Source of the DNA: Desulfatiglandales bacterium
Lineage (GTDB): Bacteria > Desulfobacterota > DSM-4660 > Desulfatiglandales > Desulfatiglandaceae
Assembly: GCA_963662465.1 (NCBI GenBank)
Contig: OY759599.1
Span: 6,880,001-6,944,000 of the forward strand
DNA: 64,000 nucleotides
Reading direction: 5' to 3'
The stretch's first letter is position 1. Each line of letters starts with the position of its first letter. Positions 20,750 to 31,861 of this stretch are shown here, piece after piece. The translations under genes and the position numbers were made by a program. The notes under the pieces were generated by a model that had not been told where the DNA came from, did not search any database, and saw only the letters and a program-made list of their open reading frames with translations.

Positions 20750-21862
20750 CTAGGTTGCTTTTCCGGGACCGGCGCGGCGCTTTGACGAATCTATCGCGGT
20801 CTTTCTGACCTGTTGAACCATCTGAACCATCAAGTCCACAAGATAATCCGCTTTTTCACCTTCATTTTTTTTTCTTGAAACCACGGTCACCGGTCGTGTC
20901 TGAACCAGGAAGATATTGGCGGGAAAGGGGAGATCCGGATCTACTGCCCACTCCATATCCTGGGGGGCGCCATAATGGGTCTCCAATTGGACCGCATACT
21001 CCGCCAGTTTGATCGCCTCCATATCCGAAAGACAGGCCGCCTTTCGTTTGTCCGCGGGAACACTTTTTTCCTCTATGCCCGATGGACCGTAGTCGAGCAG
21101 TTTTTCCTTGTCGGAAATACTCTTTTTGATCAGGGTCATGGATTCTTTTTCGATGACGAATCGATCCGGCGCGACCAAACCCTGAACGATGCTTTCTCCC
21201 AGCCCCCAACTTCCTTCCAATACGACTTTCGACGGATCTCCGGTCAACGGGTGAACTGAAAACCCCACCCCCGCGGAGCGGGCATGAATCATTTGCAATA
21301 CGGTGACCCCCATAGCGCTGCCTTCGGCGGGAATATTCATTTTACGTCGATAGGTGATTGCCCGGGTGGTGAACTGGGAGGACCAGCATTGCACGATTTT
21401 TTCCACCAGATCCTCAGGACCCCGAACATTTAGAAAGCTATCGTATTGGCCGGCAAAGCTGGAGTCTTTCAGGTCTTCCGACAGCCCGCTGGACCTTACC
21501 GCCACCGGGACGTTCTCCGCTCCGGCGGCGCGGCATAATTCCTCATAACAGGAGATAATGTACCGACGCATGACATCGGGCAGGGTCTGGCTATCAATGA
21601 TGTCGCGGATGACCCGACTCTCTTCCTGGAGATCCGAGATATCGTTTCGATCAGGAGGGATACTTTCCATGTAACGATTGACCCGTGCGGCCGTGCCGGT
21701 CTCTTTCACAAACCGGTTGTAGGCATCGGTTGTAATGGCAAAACCGTTCGGCACCGGCAAACCGGCGTGTCGCATTTCCGCCAACTTGGCACTTTTTCCG
21801 CCCACCCTGTCAACGGATATTTCGCCGATTTCATGAAACCAGACTACAAAATTATCTTTCAC
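20750..21862 (-). CDS. PEP-synthase N-terminal ATP-binding protein (phenylphosphate synthase PpsB-like)
   Basis: VGGKSAKL, VAVRSS, SFAGQYDS, GLGESIV, QDMEWA, QTRP. GTG start at 21862 with RBS GGAGG. Confidence 0.88.
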   Translation of the reverse strand: MKDNFVVWFHEIGEISVDRVGGKSAKLAEMRHAGLPVPNGFAITTDAYNRFVKETGTAARVNRYMESIPPDRNDISDLQEESRVIRDIIDSQTLPDVMRRYIISCYEELCRAAGAENVPVAVRSSGLSEDLKDSSFAGQYDSFLNVRGPEDLVEKIVQCWSSQFTTRAITYRRKMNIPAEGSAMGVTVLQMIHARSAGVGFSVHPLTGDPSKVVLEGSWGLGESIVQGLVAPDRFVIEKESMTLIKKSISDKEKLLDYGPSGIEEKSVPADKRKAACLSDMEAIKLAEYAVQLETHYGAPQDMEWAVDPDLPFPANIFLVQTRPVTVVSRKKNEGEKADYLVDLMVQMVQQVRKTAIDSSKRRAGPGKAT

Positions 21863-21928
21863 GAATTGCCTCCTCCAGATCTCTGTTGCACCGGGTTTTA
21901 CCCCTGGTTCTGAAACCACAGCAACTTC

Positions 21929-23608
21929 TTAATCATCCAGAAAATAAACGACGCCCATGTTGGCATCTACTCGGATACGCTGTCCGGTTTTAATCTTCTT
22001 CGTTCCTTCAAATACATTGAGCACCACGGGAATGCCGAATTCACGGCCCACCACGGCCGCATGGGCCAGACTGCCGCCCCGATCGATCACCGCGCCTTTG
22101 ATCAGATTGAAAACCGGTGTCCAACTGGGCGCGGTATTGACGGCCACCAGAATATCGCCCTCCTCAACAAGGCGCAGATCTTTTTCATCCAAAATCACCC
22201 GTGCAGGTCCTTCGCAAATACCGGTTGACCCTACGACTCCATACAGGTCCGCCTTAAGTTCCGGATCCACCTCCGGCATGGCGCCCATGAGGGCTTTGAA
22301 AAATATGGGATCAGCGAGACTGGCCAAATGAGGACCGATCTCTTCGTGAGATACCCCTTCCTTGAGCAAGAAAGGCGGGTTCCCTTCCTCGCACCACCGG
22401 CCCCAGTCCGCACGACGTTTTTCAATGATCGGGCGCAGGTCGTAGTGTTGGGGGGCGTAAATGATCTTGTGGATTTCGTCGGGAAGGAGAAAAAATATGT
22501 CTTCCTTTTTATCAAAGGCGCCGGCGGCCACATACCGCTTACCGATGGCGATAAACGCTCTTCGGGTAATGGCAAAACAGTAGTCTTCACAGTAATAGGA
22601 ATGTTCTTCGCCATAGGAACCGGCTTGCTGGGCAACTTTGAGCAATTTGGCGAAATAATCTTTTTGCTGGGCCGGAATCTTGGCCAAAATCTCCTTTTCG
22701 GCGGCTTCTCGTTCTTCTATGGCTTTTTTCCGCTGTTTTTCGAGATCGAATTCACTAGACCGTTTCATGTACATTTTGATGATGCCCAGGGGCGGAAATG
22801 GTTCCTCGATCCATGAGGGATCGATCATCTCGGCCCGGCGCTGGCTTCGCCATCCGTCTTCCTGGAGAAATGCATAAAACTGATCGAGCCAAAGTTTGCC
22901 GCTTTCGTTTTCTTCCAGCAGGGGAATGATGTCTTTCGCGGAGTTTTCGGTCAGAATTTCGGAGATCCCCATCTCTTTGGCAGCTTTGGAAAGATTCCAC
23001 ATTCTGCGGTCCACTTGAAAGATCTTGTTGTCGAAACCGGTTATCAACTTGAGAAAGGTGGGATGGGTGTCATCGATTTGCAGCAGCTGCTTGCATACGT
23101 TTTCAAGGAGAACATAGGGGAACCAGGTGATGTACATGCCGAGAACATGAAAATACCACATCTTGCGCGTCACCGAAAAGCAGTCCTCCACATGCTCCCA
23201 TAGCGCCATGTTCGAAGCGTTGTCCACATCAAACTGTTTCAACCGCTCATAAAGCGGCATTAACTCCTTGACCAGCATGCCTTTCCAGTTTTTGTCGTAG
23301 TCCTCCAGATAGGGCTGAATGAAGCTCCTGAATTTTTTTTCCCTTTCCTTTGCCTCTTCGGGGTCATCGACCCGGGAAAAACCGTAATAAACGCCTCCGT
23401 TTTTTAGCCGGAAAAACGTCGTTCTGGAAAACGGCAGACTGACCGCTTCCATAGCGCCAGCGCCGCCGTGATAGCAAAACATACCCCAATACCACGCGAA
23501 AAGGGGCGTCCACGGCGGGGTACAATGGCCTTCGTCCAATAGCCAGATGGGTGTTGCTTTAAAATCCAATTCCGGGTCAAAATCGATACACGTGGTCAGA
23601 TCTTTCAT
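21929..23608 (-). CDS. PEP-utilising mobile-domain protein (phenylphosphate synthase PpsA-like)
   Basis: C-terminal TAPSWTP and GGSLAHAAVVGRE (phospho-His), large helical N-terminal region. Confidence 0.88.
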   Translation of the reverse strand: MKDLTTCIDFDPELDFKATPIWLLDEGHCTPPWTPLFAWYWGMFCYHGGAGAMEAVSLPFSRTTFFRLKNGGVYYGFSRVDDPEEAKEREKKFRSFIQPYLEDYDKNWKGMLVKELMPLYERLKQFDVDNASNMALWEHVEDCFSVTRKMWYFHVLGMYITWFPYVLLENVCKQLLQIDDTHPTFLKLITGFDNKIFQVDRRMWNLSKAAKEMGISEILTENSAKDIIPLLEENESGKLWLDQFYAFLQEDGWRSQRRAEMIDPSWIEEPFPPLGIIKMYMKRSSEFDLEKQRKKAIEEREAAEKEILAKIPAQQKDYFAKLLKVAQQAGSYGEEHSYYCEDYCFAITRRAFIAIGKRYVAAGAFDKKEDIFFLLPDEIHKIIYAPQHYDLRPIIEKRRADWGRWCEEGNPPFLLKEGVSHEEIGPHLASLADPIFFKALMGAMPEVDPELKADLYGVVGSTGICEGPARVILDEKDLRLVEEGDILVAVNTAPSWTPVFNLIKGAVIDRGGSLAHAAVVGREFGIPVVLNVFEGTKKIKTGQRIRVDANMGVVYFLDD

Positions 23609-23729
23609 TTTTCTCCTCCTGTAATCAGAGCGGCTATAGTGGGGATGAACTAAGGAATAGGTTATATGGAATATTCCGACGTTATATTGTCACCTCCTTT
23701 TTGTACGAAAATACCGTTGTCATAGAGCA

Positions 23730-23794
23730 AAACTGACTTGGTCAATTTAATGCAAGCGAAGAATAGTGTCAAGCGGAATAATTCGAAATGCAAA
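23730..23794 (-). promoter_or_regulatory. Promoter of the ppsAB-like/mutase operon with candidate MarR operator
   Basis: TTGACA (23772-23767)-17 bp-TAAATT (23749-23744). Imperfect palindrome AAACTGACTTGGTCAATTT overlaps -10/+1. Confidence 0.65.
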
Positions 23795-23877
23795 CATATG
23801 TGATGCCTAAAAATCCAAATCCTGTTTTTTAAGAACTGGTCGTAAATAGATCCCGTGCTTGTCCCTGGTTTGTGCGG

Positions 23878-24387
23878 TTATGACAACTCGGGCATGGATG
23901 CCCACAGCCATTTTCTAAGTTTCTTCGATATCTCTCTGAGGTCGTCAATCTGATTGCCGGTCAGACATGATGTGGCAACTGAACTGGCCTGCTGCATATC
24001 GGGCAAACTGTTTTTCACAAGTTCTATCCCTTCTCGCGTAATGGTGATGGTGATAGACCGCCGGTCTCCGTCCGTGGGTCCCCTTTTGACGAGATCTCCC
24101 TTTTCCAGGATATCGATGGCTCTTGTGATGGCATGTTTGGAGCGGTAGACCCGTTTGCTGATATTGGTTGGGGTCATCTGGCCCCCGTTTGAAATCAGCA
24201 GATACAGAATATTCAACCGGGTCTGGTCCTGGCCGTGTTTTTTAAGCTGTGATTCCAGAAACCGGTTTGCCGCCTCGGCCGCATACATGAGCAGAATCAG
24301 ACTGTCGAATTTAACGATTTCGGAAATCTGATCGATTTCTTCGGCCAGGTCTTTGATGGCCATCTGATCTTCCCTTTTAACACTCAT
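23878..24387 (-). CDS. MarR family transcriptional regulator
   Basis: ITRAIDILEKGDLVKR, DRRSITITITREG. Confidence 0.92.
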   Translation of the reverse strand: MSVKREDQMAIKDLAEEIDQISEIVKFDSLILLMYAAEAANRFLESQLKKHGQDQTRLNILYLLISNGGQMTPTNISKRVYRSKHAITRAIDILEKGDLVKRGPTDGDRRSITITITREGIELVKNSLPDMQQASSVATSCLTGNQIDDLREISKKLRKWLWASMPELS

Positions 24388-24519
24388 AGACTTTCACCTC
24401 TCAATGGGTCTTTCTGAAGATTATGGTTCCAAAAAATCGGATCAAATTTTGAGTATCAAAGAGTCAGCCGTTCAAGTCAAGATGAAATATCCCTTGTCGA
24501 ACAATAGGGCATGGGAATG

Positions 24520-24681
24520 TCAACCGTTTTCCTTTTCCACTGTTGGGAGATCGCTTTCTCGCTGTGCCATGACCGTTTCAAATTCTCCCAACAGGGCCTG
24601 TGCAAATACGGTATCCTCCAGGTTGGCGTCGACTTCGATGAGTTCGACGCGGTCGTTGGTTAGCAGGCGTTTTAACTCCTT
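24520..24681 (-). pseudogene. C-terminal remnant of a Tm-1-like (UPF0261) gene
   Basis: 53 codons KELKRLLTNDRVELIEVDANLEDTVFAQALL...* fused directly to the end of duplicate copy 2. Confidence 0.65.
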
Positions 24682-24795
24682 TTGTCTATTTTTCAGAGAA
24701 TTCAGGAGCCGGAATAGAAGGTTGGTGCTTTTTTATATTCTGAATTCCGGTCCCTGACTCCTGAATTTTTGGGTTGCGGGCGCAGCCCGCGTTAG

Positions 24796-26463
24796 TTAGT
24801 AAGATCTTCCTTTGAGTTCCCAGTGCTTCTTCAAGCCGTACTTGTCGGCGATGATTTTGTAGCAGTTATAGCCGCAGGATCCCCGGATGCCCCCGCCCAC
24901 GTGGGTGGTGGCCGAACAGAGGAAGAGGTTGTCTACCGGCGTCTGGTACTGACTCAATTCGGGAATCGGTCGGAACCGACCCATCTGACTCGGGATCATG
25001 GCGCCCACGCTCACGGAACTGTTGATAAAGTTGATGTTTTTCCGGCTGGTTTCCATGCAGGTGTCAAAGTAGCTGTCGATAACATTTTTTTCGGTCATGT
25101 TATCGGAATAAATCTGGTACTGTTTCAGCAGTTCCTTGGGGAATTCTCTTCTCATCTCGGCCCATCTGGCTTCGGAGAAGTATTTCATCTCTCCGGTATA
25201 CTGCTCGATCTGAACGAGATGCTTTCCTTCGGGCACCCGTGTTTTATCCCAGATAGAGTCCGGACCGGCGAACCAGCATAACTTTTTGGGAATTCCGTAC
25301 ATGGAGCATTCCAGTTTTTGCCTGTCCGCTATATATTCCACGTCTTTCGGACCGATGAGGGTTCGGGGCATGGCATTGCAGTCGGGGTTGAAGGCCGCCG
25401 CCTTGAACTCGGTTGGCTCGTGCATGGCAAAGGTTCCCCAGAATGCCGCACACATCCGGTCGTAGCGGATATTCTTGACCTTTCGAACCAGGTTGTAGTC
25501 GAACTGGTCTTCTCCGATAAACCGCAGGAGGGTCTGGTTGAGGTCCACGTCGGAAACCACGCACTGTTTAGCCGTAATTTCATCCCCGTGTACGGTGCGA
25601 ACACCGGTGGCCTTTCCGTTTTCCACCAGAATTTTTTCGATCTCGTTTTCCACGAAAAATTTTCCGCCCCTGGACACAAAGGCCCGTTGCATGGCATGGG
25701 CAACCGAGTGGGAACCACCCATTACCGTTGCCGGGGGGGTGATGTTCAAGCAGGTCATGATCGTATGGATTACGTTAAACAATCCCAAAGGGTCTTCCGG
25801 CCAGTTTCCGGTGCTGGTTTGAAGGCCCCGCAAAAAATAACACTGCATCTCAGGACTATCGAAAAGTTCGCGAGCCATCTCGGTACCGCTCATCACCTCC
25901 CACCGTGGATCCATACCGGACTCGGGGTCCTGAAGCAGCTGTTCCAGGGCGTCCGGGGTGCCAAATGGCGTGGGCGGGTTGAACATATAATCGCGATAGG
26001 CTTTTTTCCATTTCTTCTCTACCCGTTCGAGAAGATCAAAGGCCGTGTCCGCATCCCTTTGTGAAAATCTGGAAATCTCCTTTAAGGTTTTTTCCAGGTT
26101 TTCGCTGGATCGGGCGGTTTCACCAGTGTTATGGTCCACCACTTGGTAAACGGGATAGGTGACCAGGCAGGTTTCATCGTCAAAGATCATGCCCTGGCCC
26201 GCTTCGGGGAATATTTGTTTGAGTCCGTATTCTCCGAGGTTGAAATCCTCGTAGCAGGGCGTCGTATAAAAACGAACATTGGTTGCGCAGGTGTTGGTGA
26301 TGAATCCGGGCAACGGCACTTCATCCCCGCACAACCCCCCTCCGATTTCCATGTTTCGTTCAAAAACCGCGGTCTGTACACCGGCATCCTGGAGGTAAAG
26401 CGCCACCAGTAGCCCGTTTGCGCCGCCTCCGATTACCAATGCGTCATAGCTTTTGTCCGCCAT
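24796..26463 (-). CDS. Phytoene-dehydrogenase-like FAD oxidoreductase (555 aa), copy 2
   Basis: Same protein as 2329-3996. Confidence 0.9.
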   Translation of the reverse strand: MADKSYDALVIGGGANGLLVALYLQDAGVQTAVFERNMEIGGGLCGDEVPLPGFITNTCATNVRFYTTPCYEDFNLGEYGLKQIFPEAGQGMIFDDETCLVTYPVYQVVDHNTGETARSSENLEKTLKEISRFSQRDADTAFDLLERVEKKWKKAYRDYMFNPPTPFGTPDALEQLLQDPESGMDPRWEVMSGTEMARELFDSPEMQCYFLRGLQTSTGNWPEDPLGLFNVIHTIMTCLNITPPATVMGGSHSVAHAMQRAFVSRGGKFFVENEIEKILVENGKATGVRTVHGDEITAKQCVVSDVDLNQTLLRFIGEDQFDYNLVRKVKNIRYDRMCAAFWGTFAMHEPTEFKAAAFNPDCNAMPRTLIGPKDVEYIADRQKLECSMYGIPKKLCWFAGPDSIWDKTRVPEGKHLVQIEQYTGEMKYFSEARWAEMRREFPKELLKQYQIYSDNMTEKNVIDSYFDTCMETSRKNINFINSSVSVGAMIPSQMGRFRPIPELSQYQTPVDNLFLCSATTHVGGGIRGSCGYNCYKIIADKYGLKKHWELKGRSY

Positions 26464-26481
26464 CGTGATTCCTCCTTAAAA

Positions 26482-26790
26482 TTATGCTGCCTGCTCTTGT
26501 AGTTCAGCCTGTTTTTTTTTACCCCTGCGAAACAAAAGACCGAAACCCGAAAATAGAATCCAGGGGCGGCAACAGACCATCCAAAGTATTTGTCGAAGGT
26601 CGCTCGGTTCAATAAAGATTCTCACCTGCCAGTTTACGGGCTCAAGCGTCTCCATGGTCATGAGCATGCGGACCGGTTCTTTACCGTCTTCCGACGGGGT
26701 CAGGGTTTCCGGTACCATGTCCGTGGTTTCGATTTTGGCCACCTCTGCCAAAAGCAGCGTTCTCCCCAAGCCTGTTGATCGAATAAGCAT
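26482..26790 (-). CDS. Small hypothetical protein (102 aa), copy 2
   Basis: Same protein as 4015-4323. Confidence 0.8.
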   Translation of the reverse strand: MLIRSTGLGRTLLLAEVAKIETTDMVPETLTPSEDGKEPVRMLMTMETLEPVNWQVRIFIEPSDLRQILWMVCCRPWILFSGFGLLFRRGKKKQAELQEQAA

Positions 26791-26807
26791 AATGTATCTC
26801 CCTGTGG

Positions 26808-28424
26808 TTAAAAAAGTCCGGCAGCCTTGCCCGGCGCAAAGATTTCAGGTTCCTTCCACCATTTTTCGATCCCCAGATCTTCCGCAATGGTCTGCGTTGC
26901 ACAATAGCCGGGACCGTAAGTGATCATTCCGCCGGAATGGGTGCAGGCTCCGCACATGTATAATCCCTTGATGGGGGTGGAATGTTCCGAAAGCACCTCA
27001 TTGGGTCGGTAAAATCCCATCTGAAGGGGGGTATAGGCCCCCTGCTTGAAACAGCCCTGTTTCATGTTCGGAAATTTGTTTTCAATGTCCAGCGGCGTAC
27101 TCAGGTAATCCCATATGATGGTATCGTCGTTAATGTTGGTCGCATACTGGCTCAATTTATTTTTGCATCGTTCCGCATGTTCCCGGCGCATCTCGTACCA
27201 TGCTTCAGCCCCGCCGTTTTCCAGTTTGTAGGGGGCTTCCTGGGTGATGAGTCCTACGGCGCCGCCGTTCATCACCCGGATGGGGTCATGGACCGAGGGA
27301 AAGCAACAGGAAAAACCGGAATCGATGAGCTGGCCCTTCTTGATGGCCTCAAAATGATCGATGAGGTCCTGATCGCTGTCGTAGCCCAGCACGTAGATCA
27401 GCGCATTGTCCAGTTCGGGATTGGATTCCGCGATTTTAAGCCGGGGTCTTTCCTTCAACGCCATGTGGACATTGAAGTAGCTCCAGTCGGTGTATTTCCA
27501 GTTTTTTATGCGTTTCAGCAGGTAGTCATCCAGGTGTTCCGGTCCTACCATGTCGATGAGTGTCTGCTGGGGGTTCAGGGAGCTGGCCACAAACTTTCCG
27601 GCCGTGATTGTGGCGCCGTCCTTTAATGCCACCCCTTTTACCTCGCCGTTTTCGATGATTAAATTTTGAACGAGCATTCCGGAAAGAATTCTGCCGCCGT
27701 TTTCCACAAAGTTTTTGGCCATCAGATGGGTCACGTGGTGTGATCCGCCCCGGCAGAGCCTGAAATGCCATCCCCGGTTGATCAATAGGGGGACCAGGAA
27801 TCCCACCCCCTCCAGATCGTAGTCCATTCCCCACATGGTGGCCAGATAGAGAAACAGTCCCCGCACCCGTTCGTTTTCGAACAGGTCGTCAACGATTTGC
27901 TTCGGCGTCAACCCGGTCATTTCCTCGTCTCGCCGGATGATGGGATTGGCGTTGAGTTTTGCCACCTGTTCCAGGGGCGGGATGGGATTGACATAGCTGG
28001 CCGGCGCCAGAAATAGATCAACGGCTTCCTGGGACCACTGGGCGAACTCCCTGAAGGTCTCTGCGTCTTTCTCGGAGAATTTGCGAATCGATTCGCAGGT
28101 CCGTTCAGGGTCTTTGTACATAGCCAGATGGGTGCCGTCCGAGAAGGGCATGACCACCTGCAGGTCGGGGTAGATCCATTTTAGGTCGTACCGGGTATCC
28201 AGTTCCAAATCCGCGAGAGGCGGGGCATATTCCACCATCATATGGTAGATGGCATGGGTATCGTGGAGAAACCCCGGAGATGTAACCTGCTCTGTGGCCA
28301 ACCCCCCGCCGATCTCATAGCGCTTGTCTAGCAAAAGAATTTTCAAACCGGCTTTTGCCAGGTAGGTGGCCACGGTCATTCCGTTGGGTCCCGCACCGAT
28401 GATAATTCCGTCATAATCAGCCAT
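26808..28424 (-). CDS. Phytoene-dehydrogenase-like FAD oxidoreductase (538 aa), copy 2
   Basis: Differs from copy 1 at a few residues (WGMDY/WGLDY, PLLINRGWHF/PLFINRGWHL, NEV/NEI). Confidence 0.9.
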   Translation of the reverse strand: MADYDGIIIGAGPNGMTVATYLAKAGLKILLLDKRYEIGGGLATEQVTSPGFLHDTHAIYHMMVEYAPPLADLELDTRYDLKWIYPDLQVVMPFSDGTHLAMYKDPERTCESIRKFSEKDAETFREFAQWSQEAVDLFLAPASYVNPIPPLEQVAKLNANPIIRRDEEMTGLTPKQIVDDLFENERVRGLFLYLATMWGMDYDLEGVGFLVPLLINRGWHFRLCRGGSHHVTHLMAKNFVENGGRILSGMLVQNLIIENGEVKGVALKDGATITAGKFVASSLNPQQTLIDMVGPEHLDDYLLKRIKNWKYTDWSYFNVHMALKERPRLKIAESNPELDNALIYVLGYDSDQDLIDHFEAIKKGQLIDSGFSCCFPSVHDPIRVMNGGAVGLITQEAPYKLENGGAEAWYEMRREHAERCKNKLSQYATNINDDTIIWDYLSTPLDIENKFPNMKQGCFKQGAYTPLQMGFYRPNEVLSEHSTPIKGLYMCGACTHSGGMITYGPGYCATQTIAEDLGIEKWWKEPEIFAPGKAAGLF

Positions 28425-28549
28425 AATTTTATCTCCTATTTAAATACTCATCAAAGCGTGATCGGTTGATAAATTGTCGTCATATCCCATCTATCTCTTT
28501 CATTGCCGCTGTGTCGGACAAGGAGCCGAGATATTCGGAACTTCTTTTT

Positions 28550-29989
28550 TTACACAACTCCCCGGGAAAAGGCGGATACTGCGGCAATTGCCGCTATTTT
28601 CTTTTTTTCGAAATGCTCATCTTGTGCCATAAACTGTTTTATATCATCCATAAGGGTGACTTCATTTTCGATAAAATGGGTCCCCAAATCGCCCGTTATA
28701 AATCGCGGGTTTTCCATGACGGCTTTGTGGAACGCTATATTATTCTTGACTCCGGCGATGACGAATTCGTAAAGGGCCCGACGCATTCTGATGATGGCTT
28801 CATCTCGATCCCTTCCCCATACGACGAGCTTCGATATCATGGAGTCGTAAAAAGGGGGTATGGTGTAATGGGCATGGACACCGCTATCCACTCGAATTCC
28901 GATCCCTCCGGGGGCCTGATACGCTTTGATCTTGCCCGGTGTGGGAACAAAGTCTTCCAACGGATCCTCTGCGTTGATGCGGCATTCGATGGCCCATCCG
29001 TTCATGGGAACCGCTTCCTGCTTGATGCTGAGGGACAATCCGGAAGCGATCCGTATTTGCTCTTTGACGATATCGATTCCGGTAACCATTTCCGTAACCG
29101 GATGTTCTACCTGAACCCGGGCATTGACTTCGAGAAAATAAAACTTTCCATCGGAGAATAGGAACTCTACCGTTCCCGCCCCTTCGTAATTTACCCATTT
29201 GGCGGCGTTTACGGCAATCTCTCCAATTTCTTTCCGCAGTTCAGAGGTTACCGCCGGTGAGGGCGCTTCCTCTATCAGCTTTTGATGCCTCCGCTGAATT
29301 GAACATTCACGTTCGCCTAAATGGATGACATTCCCTTTTGAATCTCCCAATATCTGAATTTCAATGTGACGCGGGTTGTTTAGGTATTTTTCTATATACA
29401 CATCGCCCAGTCCGAAAGTGGTGGAAGCAATCGCCTGTGAATAACCAAGGGCATCTTGCAATTGATCATCGTCCATCACAATGCTCATTCCGATTCCCCC
29501 GCCACCACCGGAAGGCTTGATAATCACCGGGTATCCAATGTCGTTGGCCATGCTTCTTGCCTGGTCATATTCCGCTACGCATTCATCCGTTCCCGGAACC
29601 ACGGGGACACCCGCTTTCTCCAATTCGCGCCTGGCAGCTATTTTATCACCCAAAAGTTCGATTACTTTGCTGGAGGGGCCGATGAATTTTATGCCTTCCC
29701 GTTCGCAGGCAGCGGCAAATTGTGAATTCTCCGCAAGAAAGCCGTATCCGGGGTGGATCGCATCTGCGCCGCTTTCCTCGGCGACTTCAAGGATCTTTTG
29801 AATGTTGAGGTAGCTGGCCCTTGCCGGTGGCGGACCGATTAAATAGGCTTCATCCGCATATTGGGTAAAGGATGCATTTTTGTCCGCCTCCGAATAAACG
29901 GCAACGGAAGGGATTCCGAGTTCCCTGCAAGCCCGCATGATCCGAATCGCTATTTCTCCACGATTTGCGATGAGAATTTTGTTGAGCAT
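28550..29989 (-). CDS. Biotin carboxylase, copy 2
   Basis: As 6083-7522 with a few substitutions. Confidence 0.95.
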   Translation of the reverse strand: MLNKILIANRGEIAIRIMRACRELGIPSVAVYSEADKNASFTQYADEAYLIGPPPARASYLNIQKILEVAEESGADAIHPGYGFLAENSQFAAACEREGIKFIGPSSKVIELLGDKIAARRELEKAGVPVVPGTDECVAEYDQARSMANDIGYPVIIKPSGGGGGIGMSIVMDDDQLQDALGYSQAIASTTFGLGDVYIEKYLNNPRHIEIQILGDSKGNVIHLGERECSIQRRHQKLIEEAPSPAVTSELRKEIGEIAVNAAKWVNYEGAGTVEFLFSDGKFYFLEVNARVQVEHPVTEMVTGIDIVKEQIRIASGLSLSIKQEAVPMNGWAIECRINAEDPLEDFVPTPGKIKAYQAPGGIGIRVDSGVHAHYTIPPFYDSMISKLVVWGRDRDEAIIRMRRALYEFVIAGVKNNIAFHKAVMENPRFITGDLGTHFIENEVTLMDDIKQFMAQDEHFEKKKIAAIAAVSAFSRGVV

Positions 29990-29990
29990 T

Positions 29991-31736
29991 TTACGCCACC
30001 ACCATCAAAATGTCTTCGATGTCGATTGTTTCCCCTTCACTGGTCATGATCTCTTTTACCTCTCCGCTGTGGGGCGAATTGAAGAGTCTCTTCATTTTCA
30101 TTGATTCGATCACGACAAGCAAATCGCCTTCCTCTATTTTATCGCCCACCTTCACTTCGATGGACAGTATCATTCCCGGCATTTCGGAGATCACCGCGCC
30201 GGCAGGCAACGCTTTAGATGCATTGGCGTTATTGGGCGCTTCCGCCGCTTCTATTGCTTTGCCTTTTCCATCCCCCTTCATCACAGGTGTAACCTTCACG
30301 TTGAACACTTCGCCATCAACATCCACACTGTATTCCGCCGGAAATTCGGATGGTGGATTGTAAGGCGCCGACGTTTTCAGGTCAGGGGGGGAGGCTTTCA
30401 CGGGCGCTCCCGGCTTAACCGCTTTTCCGGGGATCAGAATCTTTAGCAATAGTTCGTCATCGGAAAGTTCCGGACCATTTTCCGCACGTAGCGCCTCGAT
30501 GGATTTATCGTATCCGTCAGACTCCCAATCAAGAAATTCCTTTCTCCTGGGTAAATTCATTATTTTGTCCAAAATATTCTGGTCCATGGGCGCAATCAGT
30601 TCACCGTAATACCCAAGAGAGTACTTGATAACCTCATCCGTAATCCTTCCATACCGCTTTCCGGAGATAACATTCTCCATGGCCTGGACGCCTACGATCT
30701 GAGAGAAGGGTGTTCCCATCACCGGATATCCAAGCTCCTTGCGGACCCGTACGATTTCCTCCAGAATTTCGTCCAAACGGTCTTCCATTTTTACTTCCCT
30801 TAGCTGCCGCGTAAAATTGGTCATCATTCCGCCCGGCACCTGATGTTCAAAATGAAAAAGATCGTATTCCGCCGGTACACCCATGGGCAGCCCCTCATTT
30901 TCCGCTATTTTTCTGAAATGCCGCGATACCGTTGCGAGTGCATCCTCATCAAGATCCGATGTGAAGCCCAGACGACGTACATTTTTTAAAACCGTTTCCG
31001 CTGAAGGCAAGGAGGTTCCATTGGCGAGAGGCGAGATGGCGGTATGTAATGTTGTGACGCCGAGTTTAACAGCCTCCAGATAACACAGGGGTGCAAGCCC
31101 GGAATTACAATGGGCGTGGAATTCAATGGGGATTCCGTCGCAATTCTTTTGAATCGCGGAAATCAATCTACAGGTGGCCTCCGGCGTCAGAAGCCCGCCT
31201 CCATCCTCGATCATGATGGCATCCACATAATCTTTAGTTTCTGAAATGAGTCCCGCTTTTCGCCCCCAATATTCATCGGTGTGAGCCGGACTTAAGCTAT
31301 AGCCTACTGTTGTGATAACGCCGGCGCCTTCGGCTTTGGCGATGCGGGCGAAATAGACGAATCGCTCCATATTGTCCTGCCAATCGCAAACCCAGAAAGA
31401 CTTGATTCCGTTGGCAATGGATCGTTTTATCCAAAGCGTAATGATATCTCGGGGCGTACTGAGGTCAAAAGTTGAGAGACTGCCCGTTTGATAGGATCCT
31501 CGAAGAGGTGTTTTTCTAAGCAAACGGGAAAGGACTTTGATTCTTTCCCACGGATCCTCATTGAGATTTCGAACAAGCACGGTAAATGCCTGAGAACCGA
31601 CCGTGGCAATGGCTTTGTATCCGACCTGGTCCATGACCTCTGCAATAGGGGTCACCATGTCCGTCCTCATCATATAGCCCCAAAGGCTTTGTTGAGCATC
31701 GCGCAAAGTTTGATCCACAAAGTTAATCTTGTCCAT
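29991..31736 (-). CDS. PycB/OadA-like carboxyltransferase plus biotin carrier, copy 2
   Basis: As 7524-9269 with a few substitutions. Confidence 0.9.
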   Translation of the reverse strand: MDKINFVDQTLRDAQQSLWGYMMRTDMVTPIAEVMDQVGYKAIATVGSQAFTVLVRNLNEDPWERIKVLSRLLRKTPLRGSYQTGSLSTFDLSTPRDIITLWIKRSIANGIKSFWVCDWQDNMERFVYFARIAKAEGAGVITTVGYSLSPAHTDEYWGRKAGLISETKDYVDAIMIEDGGGLLTPEATCRLISAIQKNCDGIPIEFHAHCNSGLAPLCYLEAVKLGVTTLHTAISPLANGTSLPSAETVLKNVRRLGFTSDLDEDALATVSRHFRKIAENEGLPMGVPAEYDLFHFEHQVPGGMMTNFTRQLREVKMEDRLDEILEEIVRVRKELGYPVMGTPFSQIVGVQAMENVISGKRYGRITDEVIKYSLGYYGELIAPMDQNILDKIMNLPRRKEFLDWESDGYDKSIEALRAENGPELSDDELLLKILIPGKAVKPGAPVKASPPDLKTSAPYNPPSEFPAEYSVDVDGEVFNVKVTPVMKGDGKGKAIEAAEAPNNANASKALPAGAVISEMPGMILSIEVKVGDKIEEGDLLVVIESMKMKRLFNSPHSGEVKEIMTSEGETIDIEDILMVVA

Positions 31737-31861
31737 GGTTGATATCGGCCCCCTTTAGCAAATGCGTTTAATCCGGTTTAAAATTTGCTCACTTGTTTTT
31801 TCCATCTTTTTGATGCATAATTTTGCGGTTCGTGTTTGTAATTGCCTGAACGTTGTAAAGC

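Larger units (their letters stand above)
24677..31736 (-). repeat. Copy 2 of the 7.06-kb duplicated operon
   Basis: Near-identical to 2210-9269. Confidence 0.97.

Noticed and set aside
20750..23608. Housekeeping PEP synthase
   Set aside because: Split in two genes and lacks the C-terminal pyruvate-binding barrel.
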